Made by a program: the position numbers and the translations under genes. This document shows, in pieces, positions 19,332 through 30,151 of a DNA stretch of 64,000 bases (positions are counted from its first letter, which is position 1; every line of letters starts with the position of its first letter). The DNA is from a virus (lineage: Duplodnaviria; Caudoviricetes): the IMG/VR virus record IMGVR_UViG_2791355221_000004, positions 34,923 to 98,922 of that record, one strand, 5' to 3'. The notes below the pieces were generated by a model. That model did no database searches. It was not told the origin of the DNA and saw only the letters and a list, made by a program, of their open reading frames with translations.

Positions 19332-19649
19332 TCAAATGGAAGGAATCTTTTATTAGAATGTTAGGTACATAAAATGGGCAACGGGCACAAATGGACTATT
19401 AAAGATAACGCTGTAGAACTTTTAGAGAATAAATATGATGTTGATAATAAGTTGAAGTTTCAGGAGATTATGGAACTACTTATAAAAGAAGACTTTTATG
19501 AGAACAATGGAGCATCCTTAAACCGATACGAAGGCGGTACTTAGTTCAAATGAATGCACAATTTCATAGGTTCGAAAGAATCATTTTTAGTTCAGAGATT
19601 GTAAAAGCGTTTCTTTACTAAGCAGGTAAAAGTAGAAAGGAGAGTTATA

Positions 19650-19985
19650 TTGAATCAATATACAACATTAACAGGAAAAATTGCTTTTCACGACCAAATT
19701 ACTTCTACAGCAAGTACTACGTATAATGTAGGCAACTATAGAACATTAATAATCGATATATTTGGAACAAGTTCGAGCAGAACTATCAACTTTAAATCAA
19801 TCGGAGTAAGTGGTACTCCATATCCACTTTCAGGAGTGAGATTATCTGATTTAACCGTAGCCTCTTCAACCTCTTCAACAGGCGAAACTTGGTCATTCGA
19901 TGTGACTGGTCTTGATTCTGTGGGAATTGATGTATCTGCTATCAGCGGAGGAGATGTTTCAGTGAAAGGAAGGTTTGTTGCTTAA
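19650..19985 (+). CDS. small beta-rich hypothetical protein
   Basis: AAGGAG RBS; coupled to the deacetylase gene. Confidence 0.7.
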   Translation: MNQYTTLTGKIAFHDQITSTASTTYNVGNYRTLIIDIFGTSSSRTINFKSIGVSGTPYPLSGVRLSDLTVASSTSSTGETWSFDVTGLDSVGIDVSAISGGDVSVKGRFVA

Positions 19986-21220
19986 TGGCAGATTTAGTCG
20001 CAAGAGGTGTAGCAAATCAAGCAGTTCAGATAGTTTCTAACCTTCAACCTAAACCAAACCAAGATGACAGATCAAACAAGGATGGGGTAATCCTACTAAC
20101 CAGCGGGATTGCAGCATCTTGGACTAAGCCATATGGAGATGCCATAGGTATCGATTCTTTGCATACATACCTCTCGCCTACAGGCATGTATATTCAATCC
20201 ACAAATGGTGTAGATACGGCTTTGAGACTTGCTGCATTGAGGGGGTTTAGACTCGATAAATACAAGAGTTTGAGGGTTTATGTGTACATCGAAAATGTAG
20301 CTAATCTTTTTGATCTTCAATTTTATTTTTCGGCAAACGGTGGATTTAGCATTCAGTCTTATTACACACTTATTGCTGATGATGCCCGTTTTGTCGAAGG
20401 GTGGAATGAAATCTTGATTGATACAACTAAGTTGATTGCCCAAGGTGGTGATGTACTTTCAACCAAACGAGTATCTTTCCAAATGCGTGCTAAGTCCATA
20501 GCAGGTGCAGGAAAAACAGTGAAGGTTACTTTTGATTCTATTGTTGCTGATTCTAATAGTAAGCCTAAAATTATATTCACTTTTGATGATGCATGGGACA
20601 CACAGTACACGAAAGCATTCCCACTTCTATTAGAGCGTGGATTTGTGGGTAACATTGGGGTTATACCGACAAAGGTTGGAACCACAGGTTATTGTACATT
20701 AGCACAGTTGCAAGAAATGTACAGCTATGGATGGGATATGTTTAACCATACCTATACTCACCCAGACCTTTCAACGCTTTCTGCTTCTGAAGTAACAAAC
20801 GAGATTGTCCAATGTAAGGATTGGCTAAATAGACAGGGGTTCACACGAGCATCTGACTTTCTAGCGTACCCATATGGAGGCCACAATCAGACCACAGTCG
20901 ATACGATAAAGTCAGAAATTAGAGCTGCTAGATGTCTAACCGAGGGTATACAAGGTGAAAAATTAATTAATCCGCATAGAATTATGACTCGAAACATGAT
21001 AAATGGTCGAGCGACTGCGAACTTCACTGGCTTTGTCGATGAATTAATCAATACAGGTGGTACATTGGTCTTTACTAACCATAAAATTGAGCCAACAGGA
21101 ACAGACCCTCTAATCTACGTTGATGCCAGTTTTACTACAGTTTTAGATCATATCTATAGTAAGCGAAGTCAAGTTGAAGTTGTCACAGTGTCACAGTGGC
21201 TAGGCACAAGACGTGCTTAA
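19985..21220 (+). CDS. polysaccharide deacetylase (NodB/CE4) with N-terminal beta-sandwich
   Basis: FTFDDA, NHTYTH, AYPYG and C-terminal H motifs. Confidence 0.85.
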   Translation: MADLVARGVANQAVQIVSNLQPKPNQDDRSNKDGVILLTSGIAASWTKPYGDAIGIDSLHTYLSPTGMYIQSTNGVDTALRLAALRGFRLDKYKSLRVYVYIENVANLFDLQFYFSANGGFSIQSYYTLIADDARFVEGWNEILIDTTKLIAQGGDVLSTKRVSFQMRAKSIAGAGKTVKVTFDSIVADSNSKPKIIFTFDDAWDTQYTKAFPLLLERGFVGNIGVIPTKVGTTGYCTLAQLQEMYSYGWDMFNHTYTHPDLSTLSASEVTNEIVQCKDWLNRQGFTRASDFLAYPYGGHNQTTVDTIKSEIRAARCLTEGIQGEKLINPHRIMTRNMINGRATANFTGFVDELINTGGTLVFTNHKIEPTGTDPLIYVDASFTTVLDHIYSKRSQVEVVTVSQWLGTRRA

Positions 21221-21337
21221 TATGGGGATCGGTAGGAAAAGAAGAAAATATAAGTGTAGTTTATAGGAAAATGCAAAGACAGGAAGCCACTTAGAAATAA
21301 GTTAGGGCTTCTTATTTTTGCACAAATTTTATATAAA

Positions 21338-21480
21338 GACTCACGCTTTAAGCACATCTCAACGGGTGAATTTAAAGCGTAAGTTTTCGTGTGTGTACGC
21401 AATCTAGGATTAATGTTCCTCTCCCTAACATTTAATCTTGCTTTCACACACGGAATTTTCATGGGAGTAAGGGGAGGGTT
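21338..21480 (+). promoter_or_regulatory. twin long hairpins in the leader of the packaging operon
   Basis: ACGCTTTAA/TTAAAGCGT stem; CGTGTGTG..GATTAATGTT/AACATTTAATC..CACACACG stem with a CCTCTCCCT loop. Confidence 0.6.
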
Positions 21481-21485
21481 GAAAG

Positions 21486-22505
21486 ATGACTGAAACAAAG
21501 CTAAAAGGCAGACCAAGGAAAGATACTGATGTTTCACAACAAAAAGAAGTGGGACATGGTGGAAACATAGGAAAAAAGAAGAATTGTATTACATGTGTAA
21601 AGAGTAAAGATTTAAGTCAATTCTATTTGTCTTATAGCTCAAATCATGGTGATAAACGGACTCCTATTTGCAAACTCTGTGTTCGGAATGATGTTGATTT
21701 CACCGACTTAAAAAATGTAAGAGATAGGCTACTTTCAATAGATAAGCCATTTTTAATAGATAGGTGGAACATTGCTATTGAAGAACATAGAAAGACAAAT
21801 AAACATCCAATTGGATGCTATGTAAAAAATATAATACTTTCAGACGCAACAAAGTACTTAACCTATAAAGATAGTGTTTTTGAGTCGTCTCACATGGAAA
21901 CTATAGAAATATCTACTTCGATTGAAGATAATGAGATCTTAGAGATTAAGAAATTAAATTACGATTTGAAGCAACTTAAAAGTAAGTATGGATATGGATA
22001 TCCAGATGATGAGTATTATCTTTTCGAGGATAAATATCAACAATTAAAAACAAGTTTCCAATTACTCACTACTATGCATGAAGAGTATTTCAGAGAATTC
22101 TGTGTTAATAAAGTCAAAGAAACTTTAGCTAAAGCAAAGGGACTCTTTAAAGAAGCCAAAGAATGGGCAGCAATGGTAAAGGATGTTGCTGAAGCTGGAA
22201 AGCTTAAGCCTTCTCAAATGAGCAAGGCCGATTTGTCGGGTGGTTTAGATACATTTGGGCAACTTGCTAGAATGGTCGAAGAAAATCATGAAATTATGCA
22301 GCTTCTCCCCCGCTTTACTGAGCAACCAAAAGATAAGGTCGACGTGACTTTATGGTGTTATATCAACTATGTTCGTGACTTAAAAGGACTGCCAGAGTGT
22401 GAGTATAAAGAAATTTATGCCTTTTACGACATGAAAAAGCAAGATTATGAAAGCCAAATGAGTGATGCCAGATATGGCGATGAAGAAGATGATGTAGGTG
22501 ACTAG
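21486..22505 (+). CDS. SPbeta-type terminase-associated / small-subunit-like protein
   Basis: CITC...PICKLC N-terminal zinc finger; overlaps the large terminase start. Confidence 0.6.
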   Translation: MTETKLKGRPRKDTDVSQQKEVGHGGNIGKKKNCITCVKSKDLSQFYLSYSSNHGDKRTPICKLCVRNDVDFTDLKNVRDRLLSIDKPFLIDRWNIAIEEHRKTNKHPIGCYVKNIILSDATKYLTYKDSVFESSHMETIEISTSIEDNEILEIKKLNYDLKQLKSKYGYGYPDDEYYLFEDKYQQLKTSFQLLTTMHEEYFREFCVNKVKETLAKAKGLFKEAKEWAAMVKDVAEAGKLKPSQMSKADLSGGLDTFGQLARMVEENHEIMQLLPRFTEQPKDKVDVTLWCYINYVRDLKGLPECEYKEIYAFYDMKKQDYESQMSDARYGDEEDDVGD

Positions 22506-24237
22506 CCATAGTAATTTTCAAAGTGATAATTTCAAGCACACAAGAAAAAGCTCTCGTGTTGGAGATAATCCTGAATTCAATTCAAATGTAAAATTAGATG
22601 AGTCTAAAGGAAGTTCGTTTGATCGTAATTTAGAAAAATGGATTCAGTTTATCCAATGGAGCAAATGGTTTCCCGATCTATTCTATGATCTTATTTCTCC
22701 AGAAAAAGGTGGAATGCGATTAGATTTAGATCAAAGAGTCTTTCTTCGCTCTATGAGCCGTTTTGTAAGCACCTATGGAGTATTTCCGAGGGGTTTTGGG
22801 AAGACAATGCTCGAATTAATGAGCATATATCATACCTGCATACATTTTCCCGATATAACTATGGCTATGAGTGCTCAGACTCGTGAGAATGCAAGTTCTA
22901 TTAGCGAAGAGAAACATAATGAAATTATTAAATGGTTCCCGTTAATGAATAATGAAATTGTGAAATCAAGTTTCAGCAAAGATCAAGTTGAAGTTATATT
23001 TACATCTGGTGCAATCTATAGTGTCTTGGCAAATTCTCAACATTCAAAGGGACAAAGAAGACGCAGACTTAATGTTGAGGAATCAGCACTCCTAAATAAT
23101 GCATTATTCAAAGATGCACTGGAACCTGTCGTAAATGTTCCTAGAAGGACGATAGGTAAACTATCAACCATTAATCCATATGAGTTAAACGGCATGATTA
23201 ACTACTTAACTACTAGTGGCTATCGCGGCAGTGATGAGTTTATTCGTTTGATAAACATGATTGACGATATGGCAGAACTGAAGGGGAAAATGGTTTTAGG
23301 TGCGAGTTGGGAATTACCTTGTCACTATGGACGTGGAGAAACTAGAAGTCAAATTCTAGCCAAGAGGGACGATCCCACTACAAGCTCGGTTTCCTTCAAC
23401 CAAAACTATGGGTCGAAATGGTGCGGTGCGTCTGATGGAGCACTAGTTAGTATCAACAAACTATTAGAATTAAGAACAGTTCCTACCGCGAGTATTCAAC
23501 CTCGTAAAAATCGAGAGTATTTTATTGGTGCGGATATTGCACGTTCACAATCAAACAATAATAACAAATCGGCATTTGTGGTTATTGAAGTTGAACGGGC
23601 ATCCAATGGAAAAATTAAAACAGCAACAGTTTGTAATATTTTTGTTCCTCCAAATGGAACTAATTTTAATGATCAAGCAATGTTTCTCAAACGGCTGGAC
23701 AAACATTATGGTGGTAATGTAACAGTAGTGGATGCTAATGGAATTGGTCAAGGTGTTGTTGAAGAACTAATGAAACAAACTATTGATCCTTTACAAAATG
23801 ACCCTTATGAAAGTTGGGATACAATCAATACTGATGAAATCCCTCAAGATGATGTGTCCCCTAAGAAGATATTTAGTTTGAAGGCACAAGGAATTCAAAC
23901 AGACATTGTAACTAATTTCATTGATTTTGTTGAAAGTGGTAGGCTGAAATTGCTTGTACCAAGTAAGTTGTTAGAGTCAAACGATAGAGTTAAAAGTAAT
24001 AAAGATGATAATCAAATTAAAGCAGCTCACTTTCAAACAGATCAATTAATTGACCAAACTGCTAACTTAAAACTGGTTCAGAAACAAGGCGGGAAATTAA
24101 GCGTTGAGCAGGTAGCTAAAAAGACAGAAAAAGATATTTGGGCTGCTCTTGCTTATATTTTATACTACTTAAAACACTATGAGGATAACAAAAGAGAAGA
24201 AGAAGAAACCAATATTCTAGATTATTTATGGGTATAA
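22498..24237 (+). CDS. terL: terminase large subunit
   Basis: Walker A PRGFGKT, Walker B LNVEE, nuclease GADIAR, VDANGIG and KDIWAA motifs. Confidence 0.9.
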   Translation: MTSHSNFQSDNFKHTRKSSRVGDNPEFNSNVKLDESKGSSFDRNLEKWIQFIQWSKWFPDLFYDLISPEKGGMRLDLDQRVFLRSMSRFVSTYGVFPRGFGKTMLELMSIYHTCIHFPDITMAMSAQTRENASSISEEKHNEIIKWFPLMNNEIVKSSFSKDQVEVIFTSGAIYSVLANSQHSKGQRRRRLNVEESALLNNALFKDALEPVVNVPRRTIGKLSTINPYELNGMINYLTTSGYRGSDEFIRLINMIDDMAELKGKMVLGASWELPCHYGRGETRSQILAKRDDPTTSSVSFNQNYGSKWCGASDGALVSINKLLELRTVPTASIQPRKNREYFIGADIARSQSNNNNKSAFVVIEVERASNGKIKTATVCNIFVPPNGTNFNDQAMFLKRLDKHYGGNVTVVDANGIGQGVVEELMKQTIDPLQNDPYESWDTINTDEIPQDDVSPKKIFSLKAQGIQTDIVTNFIDFVESGRLKLLVPSKLLESNDRVKSNKDDNQIKAAHFQTDQLIDQTANLKLVQKQGGKLSVEQVAKKTEKDIWAALAYILYYLKHYEDNKREEEETNILDYLWV

Positions 24238-24265
24238 AATGTCCAAACAGGAAGAGGGTGATTAA

Positions 24266-25804
24266 TTGGACAACGGTAAAAACGCTGAGTCAGAAATTGA
24301 GCAAGCGGAATTATTAAATTATGCAATTGAATATGCTAAATCTGTAAATAACGCTGGAAATAATTCGATATTCTACAATCCTATTTGGCAGAATGAATTA
24401 CTTAAAAGTATCAACATGTCTCCAGTAAAATATGACCGTAAAAAAGTTGAAGAGTTGATAGCTAATCCTCGTTCAAATGAAAAAGCATTGCGTGACTTAG
24501 CACAGTATCTTCAGAATTACATCATGCAATTTAATAAACTGGTGCAGCATTATGGTCGCATACTAACTTTTGATTATTTCCTTGAACCAACCAATGCAGA
24601 TGCAGAGGATATGACAACGAAGAAATTCAAGAAAAGTTATGAGAAAGCCTGTGCATGGCTAGAAAGTTTAAATCCTAAAAAAATACTTCCTGAGATAACT
24701 ACGATGTGTATTTTGGAAGATGCCAAGTTTTATTATGTGAGAGATTCAGGTGAAGATGTTGTGTTGCAGGAGATGCCTAGTGCTTATTGTAAAATTGTAA
24801 ATAAGACAGAGTTAGGGTATCAGTATGCATTTAACATGGATTATTTTATGCAAGCAGGTGTTAACATTAATGATTATGCTCCTGAATTTGCTCAACATTA
24901 CCTCGACTTTTTAAACGGCACAGATAAGAATAAAGGTTACATGCATTGGGTAACATTAGATCCGTCTAGCGCATTTGCCTTTAAATTTGACGAAAACAGA
25001 GCAGGTCAAACTCCTCCACTGATGGGGTTATTTGTTGATTCTGTTGAGATTGCATCTTATAAGAATCTATTGAAGACAAAAACCCAACTTGATGTTTGGA
25101 AAATCATTTTAAATAAAATTCCACTTCATAAAGAAGAAAAGAATGGAAATAAAAAAGATAACTTTGCCATAGCTGCTGATACCGCGGGTAAATTCTCAAG
25201 TTTGATGCAAGCCGCGATGCCAGAAGGTGTAAAAGTTGTTACTATGCCTCTAGATTCTGATGTAATAGATTTTTCTAATTCTCAAAATAAAAACGATATT
25301 GTAGGCATTGGACAACAGCATTTCTATGAATCGGCGGGCACATCTCCAATTCTATTTGGTGATAAAGGAACGAACGGTATTGGAATCAAAGCTTCAATTA
25401 AAACTGATGAAGCTTATGTAATGCACATGTATAGGCAGTTTGAAAGATTCATCAATTATAAACTGAGAAAAGTAACTGGCTCATATAGATTCAAAATTAC
25501 ATTTCCAGATATAACTATTTTTAATCGTGAAGAAAAGATGGATATGTATTTAAAAGCAGCTAATTTTGGCTTCCCAAAACTACTTGTGGCCTGTGCTCTT
25601 GGAATTACTCCTCAACAACTTGTTAATCTATCGAATTTTGAGTCTAGCTTGGGACTTGAGAATATTATGAAACCATTAATATCATCTCACACTTTAAGTG
25701 GTGATAAAGAAGGTGGAGCAAGTAAAAAATCAGATAAAGATATTACTGATGAGGGACAGAAAAGCAGAGATAACGGAAGCAACGAATCAGACAACAGGGT
25801 TTAG
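24266..25804 (+). CDS. portal protein
   Basis: 512 aa directly after terL; SPbeta-type synteny. Confidence 0.75.
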   Translation: MDNGKNAESEIEQAELLNYAIEYAKSVNNAGNNSIFYNPIWQNELLKSINMSPVKYDRKKVEELIANPRSNEKALRDLAQYLQNYIMQFNKLVQHYGRILTFDYFLEPTNADAEDMTTKKFKKSYEKACAWLESLNPKKILPEITTMCILEDAKFYYVRDSGEDVVLQEMPSAYCKIVNKTELGYQYAFNMDYFMQAGVNINDYAPEFAQHYLDFLNGTDKNKGYMHWVTLDPSSAFAFKFDENRAGQTPPLMGLFVDSVEIASYKNLLKTKTQLDVWKIILNKIPLHKEEKNGNKKDNFAIAADTAGKFSSLMQAAMPEGVKVVTMPLDSDVIDFSNSQNKNDIVGIGQQHFYESAGTSPILFGDKGTNGIGIKASIKTDEAYVMHMYRQFERFINYKLRKVTGSYRFKITFPDITIFNREEKMDMYLKAANFGFPKLLVACALGITPQQLVNLSNFESSLGLENIMKPLISSHTLSGDKEGGASKKSDKDITDEGQKSRDNGSNESDNRV

Positions 25805-25820
25805 GAGGTGAGAAATAAAA

Positions 25821-27275
25821 TTGAAAGAACCTAAAAATAAATCTATACCTTTATTATTTCAGAAAATTAATCACTATGATTCAGTTGAAGATGATGTCCG
25901 TTTCCTCAAAGTAAAGATTTGGCTGATGCATTTAGGTGAAAATCTAAATGGTAGCTACTTTGCAAAAGAGGTAGTTGAAGCAGCAGTACCAACATTGAGT
26001 AACACGCCGATATTAGCATACATTGAGGACAACTCTGAAGGAAATGAAGATTTTTCAGACCACCGTCAAGCCTTAATTAAAAAAGATGGCAAATATGCTG
26101 TTAAGTACTTAGGTTCGCCTATTGGCGTAATACCAAGTGATAACAATGCTCAATTTGAAGATCGCTTATGTGATGACGGAATTACTAGGTCTTTTTTAAC
26201 TGTTGAGGGTCTCGTTTGGCGCAAATTCGATGATCCAGTAGACATCCTTAATAGAGATTTAATTAAGGCAGAATCGATGGAGCTTGCTGATAATTATGAA
26301 GGTGAGTTTAAAGAAGATGGCTTATTCCATTTTACTAAATTCAGCTTTTTTGGTGCTTGCGGATTGGGTTCAGATGTTAAACCTGCAATGCAAAATGCAA
26401 CTATTGAGGTTCAGTTTTCAGAAGTTGAATTTTCTAAGTTGGTCAATGAAAAGATTGAATTATTCAAAAGGATTTATTCTGCAAAAGGAGGTAAAGAATT
26501 AGTGAATAAAGAGTTTACATGGTCAAGCGAACAACTAGAAGATGAACTTCGTCGTATCGTTAGACAAAACAAAAAAACGGATTCGTGGGGATATGAGTAC
26601 TGTGACGAATACCTCGTAGACTTTCTGCCAGAAGAAAAAGTTGTAATTGTATTTAATTACGAAAAATCAACTTATCTTGGCTACGAATACTCTGTAATAG
26701 GTGATGTAGTTTCCATTAATTACGAAAGTCAGTCAAGATATAAAGACGAGTGGAAGAAGATGAGTCTGCCACAAGAAGGCGATACCGAGGAAACAATTGA
26801 TTTTAATTTTGTTCCATCTGAAGTCATGGAGTATTCTCTGAAGGTAAAAGAAGCAGAACTTCGCAAAGAATTTGAAACTGCAAAAGAATGTGCTGTTTCA
26901 GAACTTCAAGAAAAACTTCTCGATATGAATAATAAATATTCAGAACTTGAAAATAACTTTACTCAATTGAAAGAGTTTAAAGACCAGTACGAGAATCAAG
27001 AGAAGCAATCGAAAATCAAAGAAGCTTTCCGAAGATTTTCTAATGTTCTTGATAAAGATGAGCTGGATTTATTCAAAGAGAAATCAAACAATTGTGAAAA
27101 TGTTGATGATTTTATCAAGGATTTAAAATCTTTTGCTTGTGATAAACTTCTGGCCAAAACAAACGATAATAAAGGTGGACATATGTTTGTAGGTATTCAT
27201 GTAGATGGAAATCCTTCTGATGAAATTGATAAAAGTAATGTTTGGTCTAGACTAAAAAGTAAAAATAATAATTAA
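25821..27275 (+). CDS. prohead protease / scaffold
   Basis: HLGENLNGSYF...ESMEL...PAM protease-like N-domain plus coiled-coil C-terminus. Confidence 0.7.
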   Translation: MKEPKNKSIPLLFQKINHYDSVEDDVRFLKVKIWLMHLGENLNGSYFAKEVVEAAVPTLSNTPILAYIEDNSEGNEDFSDHRQALIKKDGKYAVKYLGSPIGVIPSDNNAQFEDRLCDDGITRSFLTVEGLVWRKFDDPVDILNRDLIKAESMELADNYEGEFKEDGLFHFTKFSFFGACGLGSDVKPAMQNATIEVQFSEVEFSKLVNEKIELFKRIYSAKGGKELVNKEFTWSSEQLEDELRRIVRQNKKTDSWGYEYCDEYLVDFLPEEKVVIVFNYEKSTYLGYEYSVIGDVVSINYESQSRYKDEWKKMSLPQEGDTEETIDFNFVPSEVMEYSLKVKEAELRKEFETAKECAVSELQEKLLDMNNKYSELENNFTQLKEFKDQYENQEKQSKIKEAFRRFSNVLDKDELDLFKEKSNNCENVDDFIKDLKSFACDKLLAKTNDNKGGHMFVGIHVDGNPSDEIDKSNVWSRLKSKNNN

Positions 27276-27288
27276 GGAGATGTTTTAG

Positions 27289-27795
27289 ATGTCAGCATGT
27301 GTGAATTTAAATGATATGTCAGGGTTTCAAATCGACACCCTAGTAAAAGCAGTTCAAAATACAGTCCCAATGGATAACGGTAGTTTGGTTACACTTGGAG
27401 GTATTGTAGCAGGGAATCCCGATGTTCGTGTTGTTGCAGCTCCAGTGGATGTTTTAAAAGATGAAATTTTGTTAGTACACTCACCAGAAATTATTGAAAT
27501 TAATGGACTTCGTGTACCATTAACCGATGTAACACTATTCACTAATCCCGCAAATCGTCCTGCTCGTGCTTATCGTCTTCGAGTTGGCGATACATACACA
27601 ACAACTGATGATGGCTTCACAGGTACTTCAGTATTGTTGCAATATGTAGTTCCAGTTAATGGCTCTATGAAACCTGCTGTTGCTGCTGATTTGACAGGTA
27701 ACACTCGCCTAGCGTTGAGAGTTATTCAGAAACTAACTGTTTCGATTGGTTCTGCTCGTGTAGCAGCAACTCAACTAGAAGTTGTAAAAGCGTAA
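27289..27795 (+). CDS. head decoration / capsid-associated protein
   Basis: Small beta-rich protein between scaffold and capsid genes. Confidence 0.6.
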   Translation: MSACVNLNDMSGFQIDTLVKAVQNTVPMDNGSLVTLGGIVAGNPDVRVVAAPVDVLKDEILLVHSPEIIEINGLRVPLTDVTLFTNPANRPARAYRLRVGDTYTTTDDGFTGTSVLLQYVVPVNGSMKPAVAADLTGNTRLALRVIQKLTVSIGSARVAATQLEVVKA

Positions 27796-27825
27796 TTTAA
27801 ACAAAAAAAAAGGAGTTGTATCTAA

Positions 27826-28941
27826 TTGTTACATAAACATTTTACTCAAAGATTCAATAATTTTTCAAAAGATCAAAAAGATATCGTTCAAGCAGGTGTT
27901 GAACTATTCTATCACTGGAAGTATGAGAACGCTAAACCACATGAAAAAAGCAAGGACAAATATAGAAACTTTGCTGAAAAGGGTGGATCGTATCAGGATA
28001 AACAAAAACTCTTTTCTGATAATCTGATTAAACAAGCAATGTCCGCTGCTTATTTACCTGATGGTCTAGAATTCAGTCAGTCTGTAATGATGCAACATCC
28101 TACTGTGAAGTTTGCTATGTTTGCAATTATCTCTGAGATCATTGATGTAGTTATTCCTGAAACAGTTTTGGATAATTTCTATCAATTTGCAGAAGTACGG
28201 AACGGCACTTGGGGAGATTCTTTTGTTTTTAATGTTCCTAATAATGATATGTTCGTAGTATCTAAATTCACTGATGGTATCCGCAAAGGTAATCGTCAAC
28301 GTTTGGTTGGTACAGATGTGATCCTGAATCCTGTTATGCGTGAAGTAACAATTGGCGAAGATCTCTATCGTGTAATTGCTGGTAAAGTAAACTGGGGCGA
28401 TTGGGTTAATCGTGTTGCTAAAGCCATCGAAACTCAAATTACTATCGATATCTACAGTTCTATTTTTAGTTCTTATTCTTCTTTGGGTACTGCATATAAA
28501 CAAAGTGGTGCATTTTCTCAAGGAAGCTTCAATAACCTTACTCAACTTGTAGAAGCAGCAAATCATGGCGCTTCAGCCGTTGCATTTGGTACAAAAATTG
28601 CACTTTCTAAAGTTGTTCCAGATAATCAATATCTAACTTTTGGATTAGGACAAGAGTACAACACAGCAGGATATTTGGGTAATTTCCAAGGGACTGGTTT
28701 GTTTAAATTTGACCAACGTGTAACTCCAAATACAGACACCCTTGCAATCTCTGATCAATACCTCTTAATCGTTGCTACAGCTGTGGAGAAACTAGTCAAA
28801 ATCGCTTTCGAAGGTGAAACTATGATTAGCCAAACTGATTCTAACTCTAGCGCAGACAACAGTATTGATTATACTGTCAAAAAGAAATGGGATACTAAAA
28901 TCATTACATCTGCAAAATACGGGATGTATCAATTGGCTTAA
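27826..28941 (+). CDS. major capsid protein
   Basis: 371 aa, strong RBS, position, followed by a hairpin at 28959-28982. Confidence 0.75.
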   Translation: MLHKHFTQRFNNFSKDQKDIVQAGVELFYHWKYENAKPHEKSKDKYRNFAEKGGSYQDKQKLFSDNLIKQAMSAAYLPDGLEFSQSVMMQHPTVKFAMFAIISEIIDVVIPETVLDNFYQFAEVRNGTWGDSFVFNVPNNDMFVVSKFTDGIRKGNRQRLVGTDVILNPVMREVTIGEDLYRVIAGKVNWGDWVNRVAKAIETQITIDIYSSIFSSYSSLGTAYKQSGAFSQGSFNNLTQLVEAANHGASAVAFGTKIALSKVVPDNQYLTFGLGQEYNTAGYLGNFQGTGLFKFDQRVTPNTDTLAISDQYLLIVATAVEKLVKIAFEGETMISQTDSNSSADNSIDYTVKKKWDTKIITSAKYGMYQLA

Positions 28942-29011
28942 TATCACAATAAATAAGTGGAGAAAGTCAAAGTGCTTTCTCCTTTAATACAATTTCAGGG
29001 AGGATTTATAA

Positions 29012-29677
29012 GTGAGAAATAGTAAAAACGATACGCATACTTCTGACAAAAGTGTCGAGGCTTTGGAAAGTGTAACTAAATCACAAGCAGAAATTGAAGT
29101 TGAGGAATTAAAAGTACAACTTGCTGAAATGCAAAAGTTAATTGAATCAATGGCAAGTAATCAAGATCAAAATACATCTAAAACCAAAGATACAGACGGT
29201 ATTTTTGTTTCAGATATCCAAGATCCGATTCCATCAAATAAGTTGATTCAGATTATTAGCATGGTTTCTGGTGGACTAAATCTTGAAGCTAACGGAAAGA
29301 AAATTAATATTCCTGATTTTGGGAACACAATACAAATCACATTCGAAGATTTAAGAGCAGCATATAATCATACTCCGAAAATTATTGATGATGGCTGGCT
29401 ATTAATTCAGAGTGAAGAAGCTGTTAAGTACATGTATCTAGAAGAAAAATACAAGAAATTTGTTAGTAAGAAGTTTATTGAAAATATCATTAATCTTCCA
29501 AAGGATCAGATCGTCGAAACTCTAAAGGGACTCGGAACAGTCGCACAAAAGACTAGTATTGATTTAATCATTAAAGGTCTTGCTGATAAAGATGATAAAT
29601 ATTCTGATATGAACAAACTACATGTAATTAGTGAATTTATTGGTCAAGACATCAATGAATTAGCAAAAAATCGCTAA
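29012..29677 (+). CDS. hypothetical head-module protein
   Basis: Synteny. Confidence 0.65.
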   Translation: MRNSKNDTHTSDKSVEALESVTKSQAEIEVEELKVQLAEMQKLIESMASNQDQNTSKTKDTDGIFVSDIQDPIPSNKLIQIISMVSGGLNLEANGKKINIPDFGNTIQITFEDLRAAYNHTPKIIDDGWLLIQSEEAVKYMYLEEKYKKFVSKKFIENIINLPKDQIVETLKGLGTVAQKTSIDLIIKGLADKDDKYSDMNKLHVISEFIGQDINELAKNR

Positions 29678-29704
29678 TAAGAAGAAAGGTATGAGTGGTG
29701 AGAA

Positions 29705-30136
29705 ATGACTCCGTACCAACAGGTATATCAAAGATTCGCAATTAAAGTTGAAGATTACACTTTGGACGCATTGTTTCGATCATCCATACCTAATTATGAA
29801 TTGTATTTGCTTGGTTGGTTGAAAAGTGCAATTCCAAAGTTTACGAAATGCGTTAAAGACTTAACAGATAGGGATGATTCAGCTCAAATGTTTAATCAGA
29901 CCTTATCTGAAAAAGAGGAAGAAATCCTTGCATTCTTGATGCAAATCGAATGGTCAGAGAAGGAAGTTAAAAATGTTAATGAAATGAGACTTGCATTGAG
30001 CACTTCTGATTTTAAACGATATGCAGAATCAAATAACTTAAAAGTTAAAATTGATCTGCAAAATCAACTTATTGAACGTGCTGATGCAATGATTGTTGAG
30101 TACACATATGAAAATTTTGACTTCTCTAAGATTTGA
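29705..30136 (+). CDS. head-tail adaptor-like protein
   Basis: Size and synteny. Confidence 0.55.
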   Translation: MTPYQQVYQRFAIKVEDYTLDALFRSSIPNYELYLLGWLKSAIPKFTKCVKDLTDRDDSAQMFNQTLSEKEEEILAFLMQIEWSEKEVKNVNEMRLALSTSDFKRYAESNNLKVKIDLQNQLIERADAMIVEYTYENFDFSKI

Positions 30137-30151
30137 GGTGTCATAGGATAA

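Noticed and set aside
19374-19502. Short ORF after the phosphoesterase
   Set aside because: About 42 aa with no convincing RBS; probably a remnant
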